The position numbers and the translations under genes were made by a program. Positions 49,781 to 60,268 of a DNA stretch of 64,000 nt are shown here, in pieces. The notes beneath the pieces are model-generated. The model did no database searches. It saw only the letters and a program-made list of their open reading frames with translations, and was not told the origin of the DNA. The DNA comes from an uncultured Actinomycetes bacterium (lineage in GTDB: Bacteria > Actinomycetota > Thermoleophilia > RBG-16-64-13). The stretch lies in assembly GCA_963841735.1 (NCBI GenBank), contig CAWJDT010000001.1, positions 704,001-768,000 of the forward strand. The letters run 5' to 3'. Each line of letters opens with the position of its first letter. Positions within the stretch are counted from its first letter, which is position 1.

Positions 49781-51016
49781 TTGTCGGTCGATCTGATCAA
49801 CATCGGAGAAGCCAAGGCCCTTGTGCTGGCTGCGGCGGTTCCCCTTTCAGTCGAGTCTCTGGCCCTAGCCCAGGTCCTCGGTATGGTCCTTGCCCAGAAG
49901 ATAGTGGCCGAGCACAATGTGCCCCCCTTTGACAACTCCGCCATGGACGGCTTCGCTGTGCGGGCGGAAGACACAGCCGGCGCGACGGCCGATAGGCCGG
50001 TCCGTCTGGAGATAGTGGAGACGATCGCGGCCGGCGACGTCTCGGGTGTGACTCTCACTTCGGGGCAGGCCGCCCGGATCATGACTGGCGCCCCCGTCCC
50101 CCAAGGCGCCGACGCCGTGGTGCAGTCGGAGGTAACCGAAGAGATCGCAGCCGGGGTCCTAGTGTTTGAGGCCGCAAAGCGGGGGAGGCACATCCGGCGT
50201 GCCGGTGAAGACGTCAAGGCGGGCGACGTGGTGCTTGGTCCGGGAAGTGTGCTCGGACCGCCCGAGATCGGACTGATCGCCAGCCTGGGATATCCGAAGG
50301 TGCAGGTCCACCGGAAGCCACGCGTGGCCATCATCTCTACCGGCAGCGAGTTGGTGGACGTCGACCGGCCGCTTGCCGCCGGCCAGATCCACAACTCCAA
50401 TAGCTACTCGCTCCGTGCTCAATGCCAGCAACTAGGCATCGAGCCTGTCGTGTTCGCAATAGTTGCCGACGATTATGAAGCTACCAAGCGGGCCATGGAG
50501 GAAGGGTTGCGCTACGACGTGCTGCTCACTTCGGGCGGGGTCTCGGTGGGCCGGTTTGATTTCGTCAAAGACGTGCAGGACGAACTCGGCGTCGAGCGGC
50601 GGTTGTGGGGAGTGGCTATGAAGCCGGGGAAACCCGTGGCGTTCGGTGTGTTCGGCCGGACCCTGGTCTTTGGGCTGCCCGGCAACCCGGTGTCGGCTAT
50701 GGTGTCATTCGAGCTGTTCGTGCGGCCGGCTCTACTGAGGCTCATGGGACACCGGCAGGTCGTCCGGCCGCTCCGCAAGGCGGTCGTCGCCGAGGATCTA
50801 TCCAGCGCCGACGGACGAGTCTACGTGGTGCGCGTGAGGGCTTGGCGGGAGGGCAACGTGTGGCATGCCAGTTCCACCGGCCCGCAAGGATCGGGGATCC
50901 TACGTTCGATGGTGGGAGCCAACGGCCTAGTCCTTGTCCCAGGTGGGCAACGGGGAGTGAAGGCGGGTGAGGAGGTCGACCTCCTGCTACTGCGTGAGGA
51001 GCTGGAAGCTGAATGA
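49781..51016 (+). CDS. moeA: Molybdopterin molybdotransferase
   Basis: PPFDNSAMDGFAV, RIMTGAPVP.GADAVV, STGSEL, SGGVSVG..D, KPGKP, LPGNP. Confidence 0.95.
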   Translation: MSVDLINIGEAKALVLAAAVPLSVESLALAQVLGMVLAQKIVAEHNVPPFDNSAMDGFAVRAEDTAGATADRPVRLEIVETIAAGDVSGVTLTSGQAARIMTGAPVPQGADAVVQSEVTEEIAAGVLVFEAAKRGRHIRRAGEDVKAGDVVLGPGSVLGPPEIGLIASLGYPKVQVHRKPRVAIISTGSELVDVDRPLAAGQIHNSNSYSLRAQCQQLGIEPVVFAIVADDYEATKRAMEEGLRYDVLLTSGGVSVGRFDFVKDVQDELGVERRLWGVAMKPGKPVAFGVFGRTLVFGLPGNPVSAMVSFELFVRPALLRLMGHRQVVRPLRKAVVAEDLSSADGRVYVVRVRAWREGNVWHASSTGPQGSGILRSMVGANGLVLVPGGQRGVKAGEEVDLLLLREELEAE

Positions 51017-51052
51017 AAGGTGAACGAAGACCTTCGCCGCGCTCCCTCGAGG

Positions 51053-51081
51053 TTGTCGTCGGCGGCGGGTGGGGATACAAT
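51053..51081 (+). promoter_or_regulatory. Sigma-70-type promoter
   Basis: TTGTCG-N17-TACAAT. Confidence 0.6.
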
Positions 51082-51087
51082 GATCCA

Positions 51088-51198
51088 GATGAGGAAGTCA
51101 ATTCGACATCGTCGCGGGAGTGGTGCTAGAGGCATATCCGCGCCGATGGTACGGGAGGCTTCGACAGGCCTGGCAGTTAGCACTGCTGGGCTTTTTTT
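51088..51198 (+). ncRNA. Candidate structured leader/sRNA, class not recognised
   Basis: Long interrupted hairpin 51094-51162 followed by an intrinsic terminator. Confidence 0.4.
51166..51198 (+). terminator. Intrinsic terminator
   Basis: AGGCCTGGCAGT-TAGC-ACTGCTGGGCTT, with a T7 tract at 51192-51198 overlapping the stem base. Confidence 0.8.
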
Positions 51199-51253
51199 GT
51201 TCTCTGAGAGTGTTGCGATCCCGGTTTAGTAACTGACCTGGAAAGGAGAACTC

Positions 51254-51439
51254 ATGGCCAACCACTTCACCCCCGAGGAACTGGCAGAAGAATTCGGCAC
51301 GGATGCTCGAGACATCATTCGGATCTGTGTCAGCGAGGGAATCCCCATCTACAAGGGGAAGGTCGACCGCAGTCTTCTGACGGTGGTGATGAAGGCCAAG
51401 GGTGTCCAGCTTGCCCAGACCCAGGTGGCCGCGGTCTAG
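51254..51439 (+). CDS. Small putative HTH-like protein
   Basis: MANHFTPEELAEEFG...GIPIYKGKVDRSL; strong GAAAGGAG RBS. Confidence 0.7.
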   Translation: MANHFTPEELAEEFGTDARDIIRICVSEGIPIYKGKVDRSLLTVVMKAKGVQLAQTQVAAV

Positions 51440-53409
51440 GTAGCTGAGAATAGGGCGCGGGCTTCTTCGACAAGCCGCGTCAGTACCGCCTGTCTGGCGG
51501 TCGGATAGCTCGCCCGCGGTGGGATAACAACCGTGGGGGTGTGGGTCGCTTCGAGAAACCAACGCCTCACGGCGAGGAGCGTATCCAGGTCTGGCTGCGG
51601 CACGGCCACCCATGCGCCGGCCCCTTTGGCCGGCCGTACCGTCGGCCCGGTCGCCTGGTCCCACAAGGGCGCAAGCGCCGCCTCGATATCCCGCTCCAGC
51701 GTCGCGGCCTGCAGTGTCACCGGCTCCTGCAGTCGCCCGTTCCACACCACATTCAACCGTACCGACGTAACTTCGCCGTTGACCAGCTGCGGCCAGAGGG
51801 CTGCGAAAGACAGGGCGCGGGCCTCAGACAGGGCGCAGTACGAGCGGCGGACGCAGAGCAGGTGCTCGCACGCCTCCTGTAGGCGCTGGGCTTCTTCGTA
51901 GCGCTTATGCTTGGAGAGGCCGTCTATGAGTTCGTGGGCGCGCTCCACCGGGTTGGGTCGGTTCAAGGGGGTGTCGCCTGCCAACCACCTCACCAGCTCG
52001 ACCACCAGGGCGTCGTGCTGTTTTCGCGTTCGGAGATCGTCTGCGCAGGGTGCCATGCAGTGGCCGGCCTCACCCCGCACGCAGGGTCGGCCGTCGGGAC
52101 GCTGGGGGCACCGGCGGATGGGGTAACAGCGCTGCAGGAGGTCAAGCGCAGCGGCCACCCGCGAGCGTTTGCGGAACGGACCCATGATGAGCGACCCGCC
52201 CCCGGGCGGTTCCAGGTCTTGGCCGGCGGCAAGCCACTTCGGCGGGCGGCTGCTGGCGAACAGGGCGAGGCCGCGGCCGGTGCCGCCGGCCTTGATGTAG
52301 GCGTAGGTCTCTGGTCTGGTGCCGTGGAGATTGCACGAGGGCCGGTGCTCTAAGATGAGCTCCTGTTCCCGCACCACGGCCTCCAGGGGGGTACTGGTCT
52401 CGTCCCACTCGATGCGCTCTACCAGTCTGACAGCGCCGCGCACCTTGCGGCTGAGGGCGGCACTGGCCACGAAGTACGAGCGCACCCGTTCCCCCAGCCG
52501 GTCGGCTTTGCCCACGTATAGGATCTGCCCGTCCTTGTCCAAAAAGCGGTAGGTTCCGGGGGCACGAGGCAGGTCGCGGGTGAGGCACAGTTTCTCGAGT
52601 GTGGGACGGGAAGACGGACTGATGAAGGCGCGGGCTTCACCAAGCCGGGTCACGCCCCGTTCCTGCAGCCGGCCCGCAAGTTGTATGAAGACATGCGCGG
52701 TCGCCCGCGCGTCGCCCAGGGCGCGGTGGCAGGCCAAGCCCGGAGCCCCCATCGCTTCGGCTACCGTGTGCAGCTTGTAGTTGAAGAGGCCCGGCGCCAA
52801 TGCCCGGGCCAAGGGGAGCGTGTCCAGGGCCCCCTCCCCCAGCTTGGTCCCGTTGAGGCGCTGCAGCTCGTAGTTGAGAAAGCCTACGTCGAAGGGGGCG
52901 TTGTGGGCTACGATGACCGCTCCCTTGAGGAACTCGAGCAGCTCGGGAACCACCTCTTCGATGCGGGGAGCATCGGCCACCATCTCCTGGGTGATCCCGG
53001 TTATCTGCGTGATCATGGGCGGAATGGGCCGCATGGGGTTCACCAGAGTGGAGAACTGCGCGACCTCCTGGAAGCCCTCGATGCGCACGGCGCCGATCTC
53101 GGTGATCTTGTTGGCACCCGGCCGGGCACCGGTGGTCTCCAGGTCGAGAGCGACGAACGCCACTTCGGCCAGATCGGGGTCGGGGATCTCCCAATTTCGG
53201 AGGGAGAGCAGTCCGGTGCCGGAATGGTCCCAGTGGAAACGTCGGTCATGGTGGACGAGGGCTGCTAAGATGCCCCGGCACAGCGGCGCCGGCACAGCGC
53301 CGGAGGCCACCAACATTCGGGCCGCCTCGTCGGCGTCCAAAGGCTCTCCTCGCACCAGCAGGGTCTCGTGCAGTTGATCGGCGACCTTTAGAGACAGCTG
53401 CTGTTGCAT
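51436..53409 (-). CDS. DEDDh exonuclease fused to UvrC-like GIY-YIG endonuclease
   Basis: DLETTG, AHNAPFD, HRALGDA; PGTYRF..ILYVGKA..RVRSYF; Cys cluster. Confidence 0.9.
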   Translation of the reverse strand: MQQQLSLKVADQLHETLLVRGEPLDADEAARMLVASGAVPAPLCRGILAALVHHDRRFHWDHSGTGLLSLRNWEIPDPDLAEVAFVALDLETTGARPGANKITEIGAVRIEGFQEVAQFSTLVNPMRPIPPMITQITGITQEMVADAPRIEEVVPELLEFLKGAVIVAHNAPFDVGFLNYELQRLNGTKLGEGALDTLPLARALAPGLFNYKLHTVAEAMGAPGLACHRALGDARATAHVFIQLAGRLQERGVTRLGEARAFISPSSRPTLEKLCLTRDLPRAPGTYRFLDKDGQILYVGKADRLGERVRSYFVASAALSRKVRGAVRLVERIEWDETSTPLEAVVREQELILEHRPSCNLHGTRPETYAYIKAGGTGRGLALFASSRPPKWLAAGQDLEPPGGGSLIMGPFRKRSRVAAALDLLQRCYPIRRCPQRPDGRPCVRGEAGHCMAPCADDLRTRKQHDALVVELVRWLAGDTPLNRPNPVERAHELIDGLSKHKRYEEAQRLQEACEHLLCVRRSYCALSEARALSFAALWPQLVNGEVTSVRLNVVWNGRLQEPVTLQAATLERDIEAALAPLWDQATGPTVRPAKGAGAWVAVPQPDLDTLLAVRRWFLEATHTPTVVIPPRASYPTARQAVLTRLVEEARALFSAT

Positions 53410-53524
53410 AGGTGGCTGGCTAGATAGGCCAACAAACGGGTTTCCTTGAAAAGGGCAAGCGCATCCTGGACAATACTAGCACCCTGGACCCGGGGAAGGC
53501 CGGTGTGGCCGGAGAGGGGTAGAA

Positions 53525-53953
53525 ATGCTGAACAGAACTGAGATAGAGGCGATCCTGCCCCATCGGGACCCTTTCTTGATGATCGATCGGGTGACGGAGT
53601 TGGAGCCTGGTGAGTATGCTGTGGCCGAGAAGGATATCTTGGCCACCGATGACGTGTTCCGGGGCCATTTCCCCGGACATCCGGTGTTTCCGGGAGTCCT
53701 TCAGTTGGAGGCCCTGGCGCAGACGGGCGCCGTCGCGGTGCTGTCCCGACCGGAGTCCAAAGGCAAGCTTGTCCTGTTCGCCCGAGTTGATGACGTGCGC
53801 TTTCGGCGCCCGGTAGTGCCCGGCGACACTCTGCGTCTCGAGATGCGTCTCACTGCCACCCGCGGATCTATCGGCAAGGGCGAGGGCAAGGCCTTCGTCG
53901 GATCGGAATTGGTCTGCAGCGGCGTTCTTACCTTCGCGGTAGCCGAGCCATAA
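53525..53953 (+). CDS. fabZ: 3-hydroxyacyl-ACP dehydratase
   Basis: LPHRDPFLMIDRV, GHFPGHPVFPGVLQLEALAQ. Confidence 0.95.
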   Translation: MLNRTEIEAILPHRDPFLMIDRVTELEPGEYAVAEKDILATDDVFRGHFPGHPVFPGVLQLEALAQTGAVAVLSRPESKGKLVLFARVDDVRFRRPVVPGDTLRLEMRLTATRGSIGKGEGKAFVGSELVCSGVLTFAVAEP

Positions 53954-53954
53954 T

Positions 53955-55041
53955 ATGTCCAGCAAAATAGCGTCTCCCCTGTTGGGGAGGCCTGTCACCA
54001 TCACCGGCCTGGGCGCTCACGTGCCCGAGAAGGTCGTCACCAACGACGATCTTGCGGCCGTGCTCGACACCTCCGACGAGTGGATAAGACAGCGCACCGG
54101 CATCGGGGAGAGGCGAGTCGCGGCTGAGGGCCTAAGCTCGTCGGATCTGGGCATCATCGCGGCCAGGGCGGCACTGATCGACGCCGGGCCTCGCCCCCGA
54201 CAGCGTCGACCTGGTAATCACCGCCACCATCTCGCCCGACCGGCTCATGCCTGCGACGGCCGCCCGAATCGCCCTCGAGTGCGGCTGCGGCAACGCCGGG
54301 GCCTACGACCTGTCGGCCGGTTGCACCGGCTTTGTCTACGCGCTCGCGATGGCCACGGGGGTGGTGGCGAGCGGCTTTCACGACAATGTCCTGGTGGTGG
54401 GGGCCGAGGCCATATCTCGCATGCTCGACTGGGAGGATCGTTCGACCGCCGTGCTATTCGGCGACGGCGCTGGGGCCGCTGTGGTATCGGCGTGGGGCGG
54501 GGGCGGCGGTGTCCAGCCGGCAACTCCGGCCGGAAGTGCGGCTCCGCGGGGTATCCTGGGTTTCGATCTGGGCGGCGACGGGTCCGGCGAGGAGTTCCTG
54601 CTGGTCCCCGCGGGCGGATCCAAGCTGCCTGCCTCGTACGCCACGGTGGAAGCCCGGCAACACTTCATGAAGATGAACGGCAGCGAGGTCTACAAGTTCG
54701 CCACACGAGTGATCGTGCAGTCGGCGCGCCGGGTGCTTGAGCGGTGTGGACGTGATATCTCCGAGGTCGACCTCTTCGTGCCGCATCAGGCCAACCTGCG
54801 CATCATCGACGCCGCGGTCAAGAAACTTGGCATCGGTGCGGAGAAGGTGTATACGAATCTGCAGAAGTACGGCAACACTTCCTGTGCTTCTATCCCGCTG
54901 TGTCTGAGCGGCGCCCGGGCGGAAGGGCGGCTCAAGGACGGAGACCTGGTTCTGCTCATGGGTTTCGGCGCGGGACTGACTTGGGGAGCATGCTTGATGG
55001 AATGGGGCCGCGCTGCAGGCGCGGACGGTATAGGAGGCTGA
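53955..55041 (+). CDS. fabH: Beta-ketoacyl-ACP synthase III (one frameshift)
   Basis: DTSDEWIRQRTGI, AGCTGF, FGDGAGA, PHQAN, GNTS. Confidence 0.93.
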
Positions 55042-55042
55042 C

Positions 55043-55985
55043 TTGGGAGGATCACTCGCACTGTTCCCCGGCCAGGGGAGTCAAGCGGCGGGTATGGCCG
55101 AGCACTTGTGGGATTTCCCCGTGGCGCGGGCGGCTTTCGCCGAAGCGGAGGAGGTGCTGGGTTGGGACGTGGGCGAGCTTTGCCGCCATGGTTCCATGGA
55201 GGAGCTCACCCGTACCGACCGGACCCAGCTCACGATACTCACCTGCAGCGTGGCCACCTGGAGGGTTCTGGAAGAAAAGGGCGCCTCTTTCGTGGTGGCG
55301 GCGGGCCACTCTCTCGGTGAGTACTCGGCCCTGGTTGCTACCGGCCACATGAGTTTCGCCGACGCCCTCCGGGTGGTGGACGTGCGGGGCCGGGGCATGC
55401 AGGCGTGTGCCGAGCAACGCGGAGGGACTATGGCCGCTATCATCGGGCTGGACACCGAGGTGCTCGAAGAAGCCTGCTCCTCGCTTTCGGACGTCTGGTT
55501 TGCCAACTACAACTCTCCAGGGCAGCTGGTGATCTCGGGCGCGGTGGAGGCGGTGCGCGCTGCCGGCGAGCTGGCTACGGCGAAGGGCGCGAAGAGGGTG
55601 TTGCCTCTCGCTGTCTCGGGCGCGTTCCACACGCCGCTTATGGCAGGAGCGGCCGAAGCCCTCGCCAAGGCGCTCGACCAGGTTCGACTTCATGCAAGGC
55701 GCGCGAAGCTTCTTCTCCACCACTGAGCTGAGCTACCCCGAACCGGAGGAACTGGCCGGGGTGCTCGCGAGACAGTTGATGTCGCCGGTGAAGTTCATGC
55801 AGAGCATGGAAGCTCTGCTGGGCGCCGCCGACGCTCCGGTCGAGGGGTTGGAGATGGGTCCGGGCGCCATTCTGACGGGGCTCATGAAGCGGATCGCCCG
55901 CGATTTCCCCATGGCATCCACCGGAGACGCCGAGTCGCTGCGAAAGGCCCTGGAGGCCGTTGAACAGACTGGGGGAGCACTGTGA
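55043..55985 (+). CDS. fabD: Malonyl-CoA:ACP transacylase (one frameshift)
   Basis: FPGQGSQ, GHSLGEY, VSGAFHT, EMGPG. Confidence 0.93.
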
Positions 55986-56737
55986 CCGATATGAACGCTC
56001 CGCTGGCCGATCGGGTGGCGCTTGTCACCGGTGGAGCTAGGGGTATTGGGAGGGCCATCGCCCTGCGGTTGGCGGCAGATGGGGCCAAAGTGGGCATCAT
56101 CGACCTGGCCGATAGCGGCGCCGAGACCGCCCGGGAGGTTGAGAAGGGGAGCGGACGGGCTGCCACCTTCTTCAAAGCCGACATCTCCAAAGAGGCAGAG
56201 GCAAAGGCGGCCGTCGCGGCCGTGGAAGCAGCGTTGGGGCCGGTGGACATCCTCATCAACAACGCCGGCATCACCCGTGACGGACTGATGCTGGTCATGG
56301 ACGAGGCCGACTGGGACGCGGTGCTCACCGTGAATCTCAAAGGTGCGTTCGTCATGACCAAGGCGGTGCTGCGCGGCATGATCAAGCGCCGCAGCGGTTC
56401 CATCGTGAGCATCTCCAGCGTGGTAGGCCGGCGGGGCAATGCCGGTCAGGTCAACTACTCGGCGGCCAAGGCGGGCCTTATCGGCCTGACCAAGTCGCTC
56501 GCCAAAGAGGTGGGTTCGCGCAACGTCCGGGTCAACGCCGTCGCACCCGGATACATTGAGACAGAGATGACGGCCGCGTTGGGCGAAGCGGCCCGTAACG
56601 CCTTGATCAGTCAGATCCCGCTCGGCCGGATCGGCTCACCCGAAGGGGTGGCCGACGCGGTGGCCTTCTTGGCGGGCGATTCGGCCTCGTTCATCACCGG
56701 CGCGGTCCTTGCGATCGACGGCGGACTTGGTATCTAG
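55982..56737 (+). CDS. fabG: 3-oxoacyl-ACP reductase
   Basis: TGGARGIG, NNAGITRD, YSAAK. Confidence 0.95.
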   Translation: MTDMNAPLADRVALVTGGARGIGRAIALRLAADGAKVGIIDLADSGAETAREVEKGSGRAATFFKADISKEAEAKAAVAAVEAALGPVDILINNAGITRDGLMLVMDEADWDAVLTVNLKGAFVMTKAVLRGMIKRRSGSIVSISSVVGRRGNAGQVNYSAAKAGLIGLTKSLAKEVGSRNVRVNAVAPGYIETEMTAALGEAARNALISQIPLGRIGSPEGVADAVAFLAGDSASFITGAVLAIDGGLGI

Positions 56738-56753
56738 TGGGGGGAGGAGGTAG

Positions 56754-58021
56754 GTGTTGACCACGAAACCCAGGACCATCGAGTACAAGAGGGTGGTTGT
56801 GACCGGCGTGGGCGTTGTGTCGCCCATCGGCATCGGCAAGGAGCCATTCCTCGAATCGCTGCTGGCCGGCCGTTCGGGCGTGAGGCTCATTGAGCGCTTC
56901 GACACCACGGACTATCCGGTGAAGATCGCGGCCGAGATGCGCGACTTTCGATCCCGTGACCTATATCGATAAGAAGTTGGCCAAGCGGATGGACCGCTTT
57001 GCTCAGTATGGGGCGGCGGCCGCTGTAATTGCCCGGGAGGACTCCGGATATCCCATCGAAGAAGACCCGTACGCGGTCGGGGCCTTGATCGCTTCGGGGG
57101 TGGGAGGCTTGGATACTTTCTACGAGCAGATCGGGATCCTTTACGAGAAGGGCCCCACCAGGGTCAGCCCCTTCTTTATCCCCATGATAATCGCGAATAT
57201 GGCCGCGGCCACCAGCTCGATCATTCTGGGTCTGCAGGGCCCGGTCAGCGCTACCTGCACGGCCTGCGCGGCCTCGACCAACGCTCTGGGCGACGCCTTC
57301 TCTATGATCAGACGGGGGGACGCCACCGCCATGTTCGCCGGCGGCGCCGAGGCGGCCGTGAACCAGGTGGGCATGTCGGCCTTCGCGGCCCTGCGGGCGC
57401 TCTCTACCCGCAACGATGAGCCCGAGAAGGCCAGCCGTCCCTTCGACTGCGGGGCGCGACGGTTTTGTGATGGGCGAGGGCGGCGGGGTGTTGGTCCTAG
57501 AAGAGTTGGAGCACGCCCTCAAACGCGGCGCTCACATCTACGCCGAGATCTGTGGATACGGCATGACGGGCGATGCCTCGCATCTCACCGAACCAGTCGA
57601 GAGCGGAGAGCCGGCCGGCTTGGCTATCAAGAGGGCCCTGCGCGATGCACAGATCGACCCCTCGGAAGTGGACTACATCAACGCTCACGGCACCTCCACC
57701 CCTCTGGGAGACGCCATGGAGACCAACGCCCTCAAGGTGGCCTTCGGCGACCATGCCTACAAGTTGATGATCAGCTCCAACAAGAGCATGTTCGGTCACT
57801 GTCTTGGCGCGGCCGGGGCGCTCGAGGCCGCGGCCACGGTGCTGTCGATGGAGGCCGGCAAGGTGATCCCCACTATCAACCTGGTGGATCCCGATCCGGC
57901 TTGCGACCTCGATTACGTGCCCAACGTCGCCAGGGATGCGCAGGTGAACGTGGCTGTGTCCAACAGCTTCGGCTTTGGTGGTCACAACGCCAGCATAGTG
58001 TTCCGCAGGTGGAATGGCTAA
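56754..58021 (+). CDS. fabF: Beta-ketoacyl-ACP synthase II (two frameshifts)
   Basis: [43 protein letters not shown]. Confidence 0.93.
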
Positions 58022-58855
58022 GTACGTAACCATACAGGTCACCCGCAGGGAGCCGCCGCCTGGGCCGGAGGCGCCGGGCGAGCACTGCAAGAAGTGCAAT
58101 GCCGCTCTGCAGCCGGGCGATCTTGCGCAGAATCTGCGCGTGTGTCCGCACTGCGCCTACCACTACCCGCTGCCGACCCGCGAGCGAGTGGCGCAACTTG
58201 CCGACAAAGGCACCGCCACCTTCATCGCCGAGGAACTGCGAGCGGCCGACCCGCTGGAGTTCGTCGATCTCAAGCCCTACCCCGAGCGGATGTCGGAGGC
58301 GCATGGCCCAGACCGGCCTCACCGAGGCCTTTCTAGCGGTGCTTTGCGACATCGCCGGCCGGCCGGCCGCGCTGGGGGTGCTCGACTTCAAGTTCCAGGG
58401 CGGATCCATGGGCTCGGTGGTGGGAGAGCGCTTCTGCCGACTGGCGCTGGCCGCGGTCGAGCAACGGCGGCCCATGGTGGTCGTGGCAGCCTCGGGCGGC
58501 GCCCGCATGCAGGAGGGGCTGTTCTCGCTCATGCAGATGGCGAAGACCGTTGTCGCGGTGCAGCTGTTGGCCGAAGCCGGTCTGCCCTACATCACTATCC
58601 TCACTCATCCCACAACGGGAGGCGTGTTCGCGAGCTTCGCCACGGTGGCCGACATCATCCTGGCCGAGCCAGGAGCGGTGATGAGTTTCGCCGGGGCGCG
58701 GGTGATCGAGCAGACCACGCGGGAGAAGCTGCCTCCCGACTTCGGCTCGTCGGAGTCGCAGCTTGCCCACGGGCAGGTGGACATGGTGGTGGATCGCAGG
58801 CAGCTCAAAGAGAAGCTGGCGCAATCTCTCTACTTCTTGGCGGGAGGTGAGGTCG

Positions 58856-58863
<8 letters not shown>
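58014..58863 (+). CDS. accD: Acetyl-CoA carboxylase carboxyltransferase beta (one frameshift)
   Basis: CKKC..CPHC zinc finger, [25 protein letters not shown]. Confidence 0.93.
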
Positions 58864-59661
<798 letters not shown>

Positions 59662-59677
<16 letters not shown>

Positions 59678-60165
59678 TCCAAGTAGGGCAGCCAGGCCTC
59701 GGGTACCGCGCGCTGTGCAGCCAAGACGAAGTCACCCGGCAGTGGGGGCCGCGGTTTGCGCGAGGGTGACATCCCCACCTCCGAAGGCAGGCAGGCTCCT
59801 TTGCGCACATTGCAGGGTGCGCACGAGGTGACCACGTTGTCCCAGGAAGTAAGGCCACCCCGACTCCGGGGCACGATGTGGTCGAGCGTCAGATGGCGGG
59901 AGCTGCCGCAGTACTGGCAGCGGAAACCATCTCTGGCAAGAATCGCCCTCCGGGACAGCCGGCGTCCTTCGGCGCGGGGCAGGCGCACATAGTGCAGGAG
60001 CTTGATCACTACAGGGATCGCGACCGCGGCGCGCTCAGAGTGGAAGACGCCCCCGGAGGTTTCCACAGTCTCGGCCCTGCCTTTGAGCAGCAGCACCACA
60101 GCCCGGCGGGCCGAGCAAACATTCACCGGTTCGTAGGTCGAATTCAGGACCAGTACCTGGCGCAC
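59662..60165 (-). CDS. HNH endonuclease family protein
   Basis: VLVLNSTYEP, RDGFRCQYCG, DHIVPRSRGG, CAPCNVRKG. Confidence 0.9.
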
Positions 60166-60268
60166 AGTTCACCCCCCGATGCTCTGTTGGCCATATTCTA
60201 GCCAATTGTCGCGGTTGTGAATGGAAGGGTGCCCGTGCCACCTCTTGGGGCACTGCTAGAATGCGCGT

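Noticed and set aside
51110-51175. Resemblance to ZTP or c-di-AMP riboswitches
   Set aside because: Conserved GACTGGCG/CGCCTGGG (ZTP) and GCTGAATCC/GGAGGAACC (c-di-AMP) cores are absent; kept as an unclassified candidate
53425-53450. LexA box upstream of the DEDDh-GIY-YIG gene
   Set aside because: CAAACGGGTTTCC does not fit GAAC-N4-GTTC spacing
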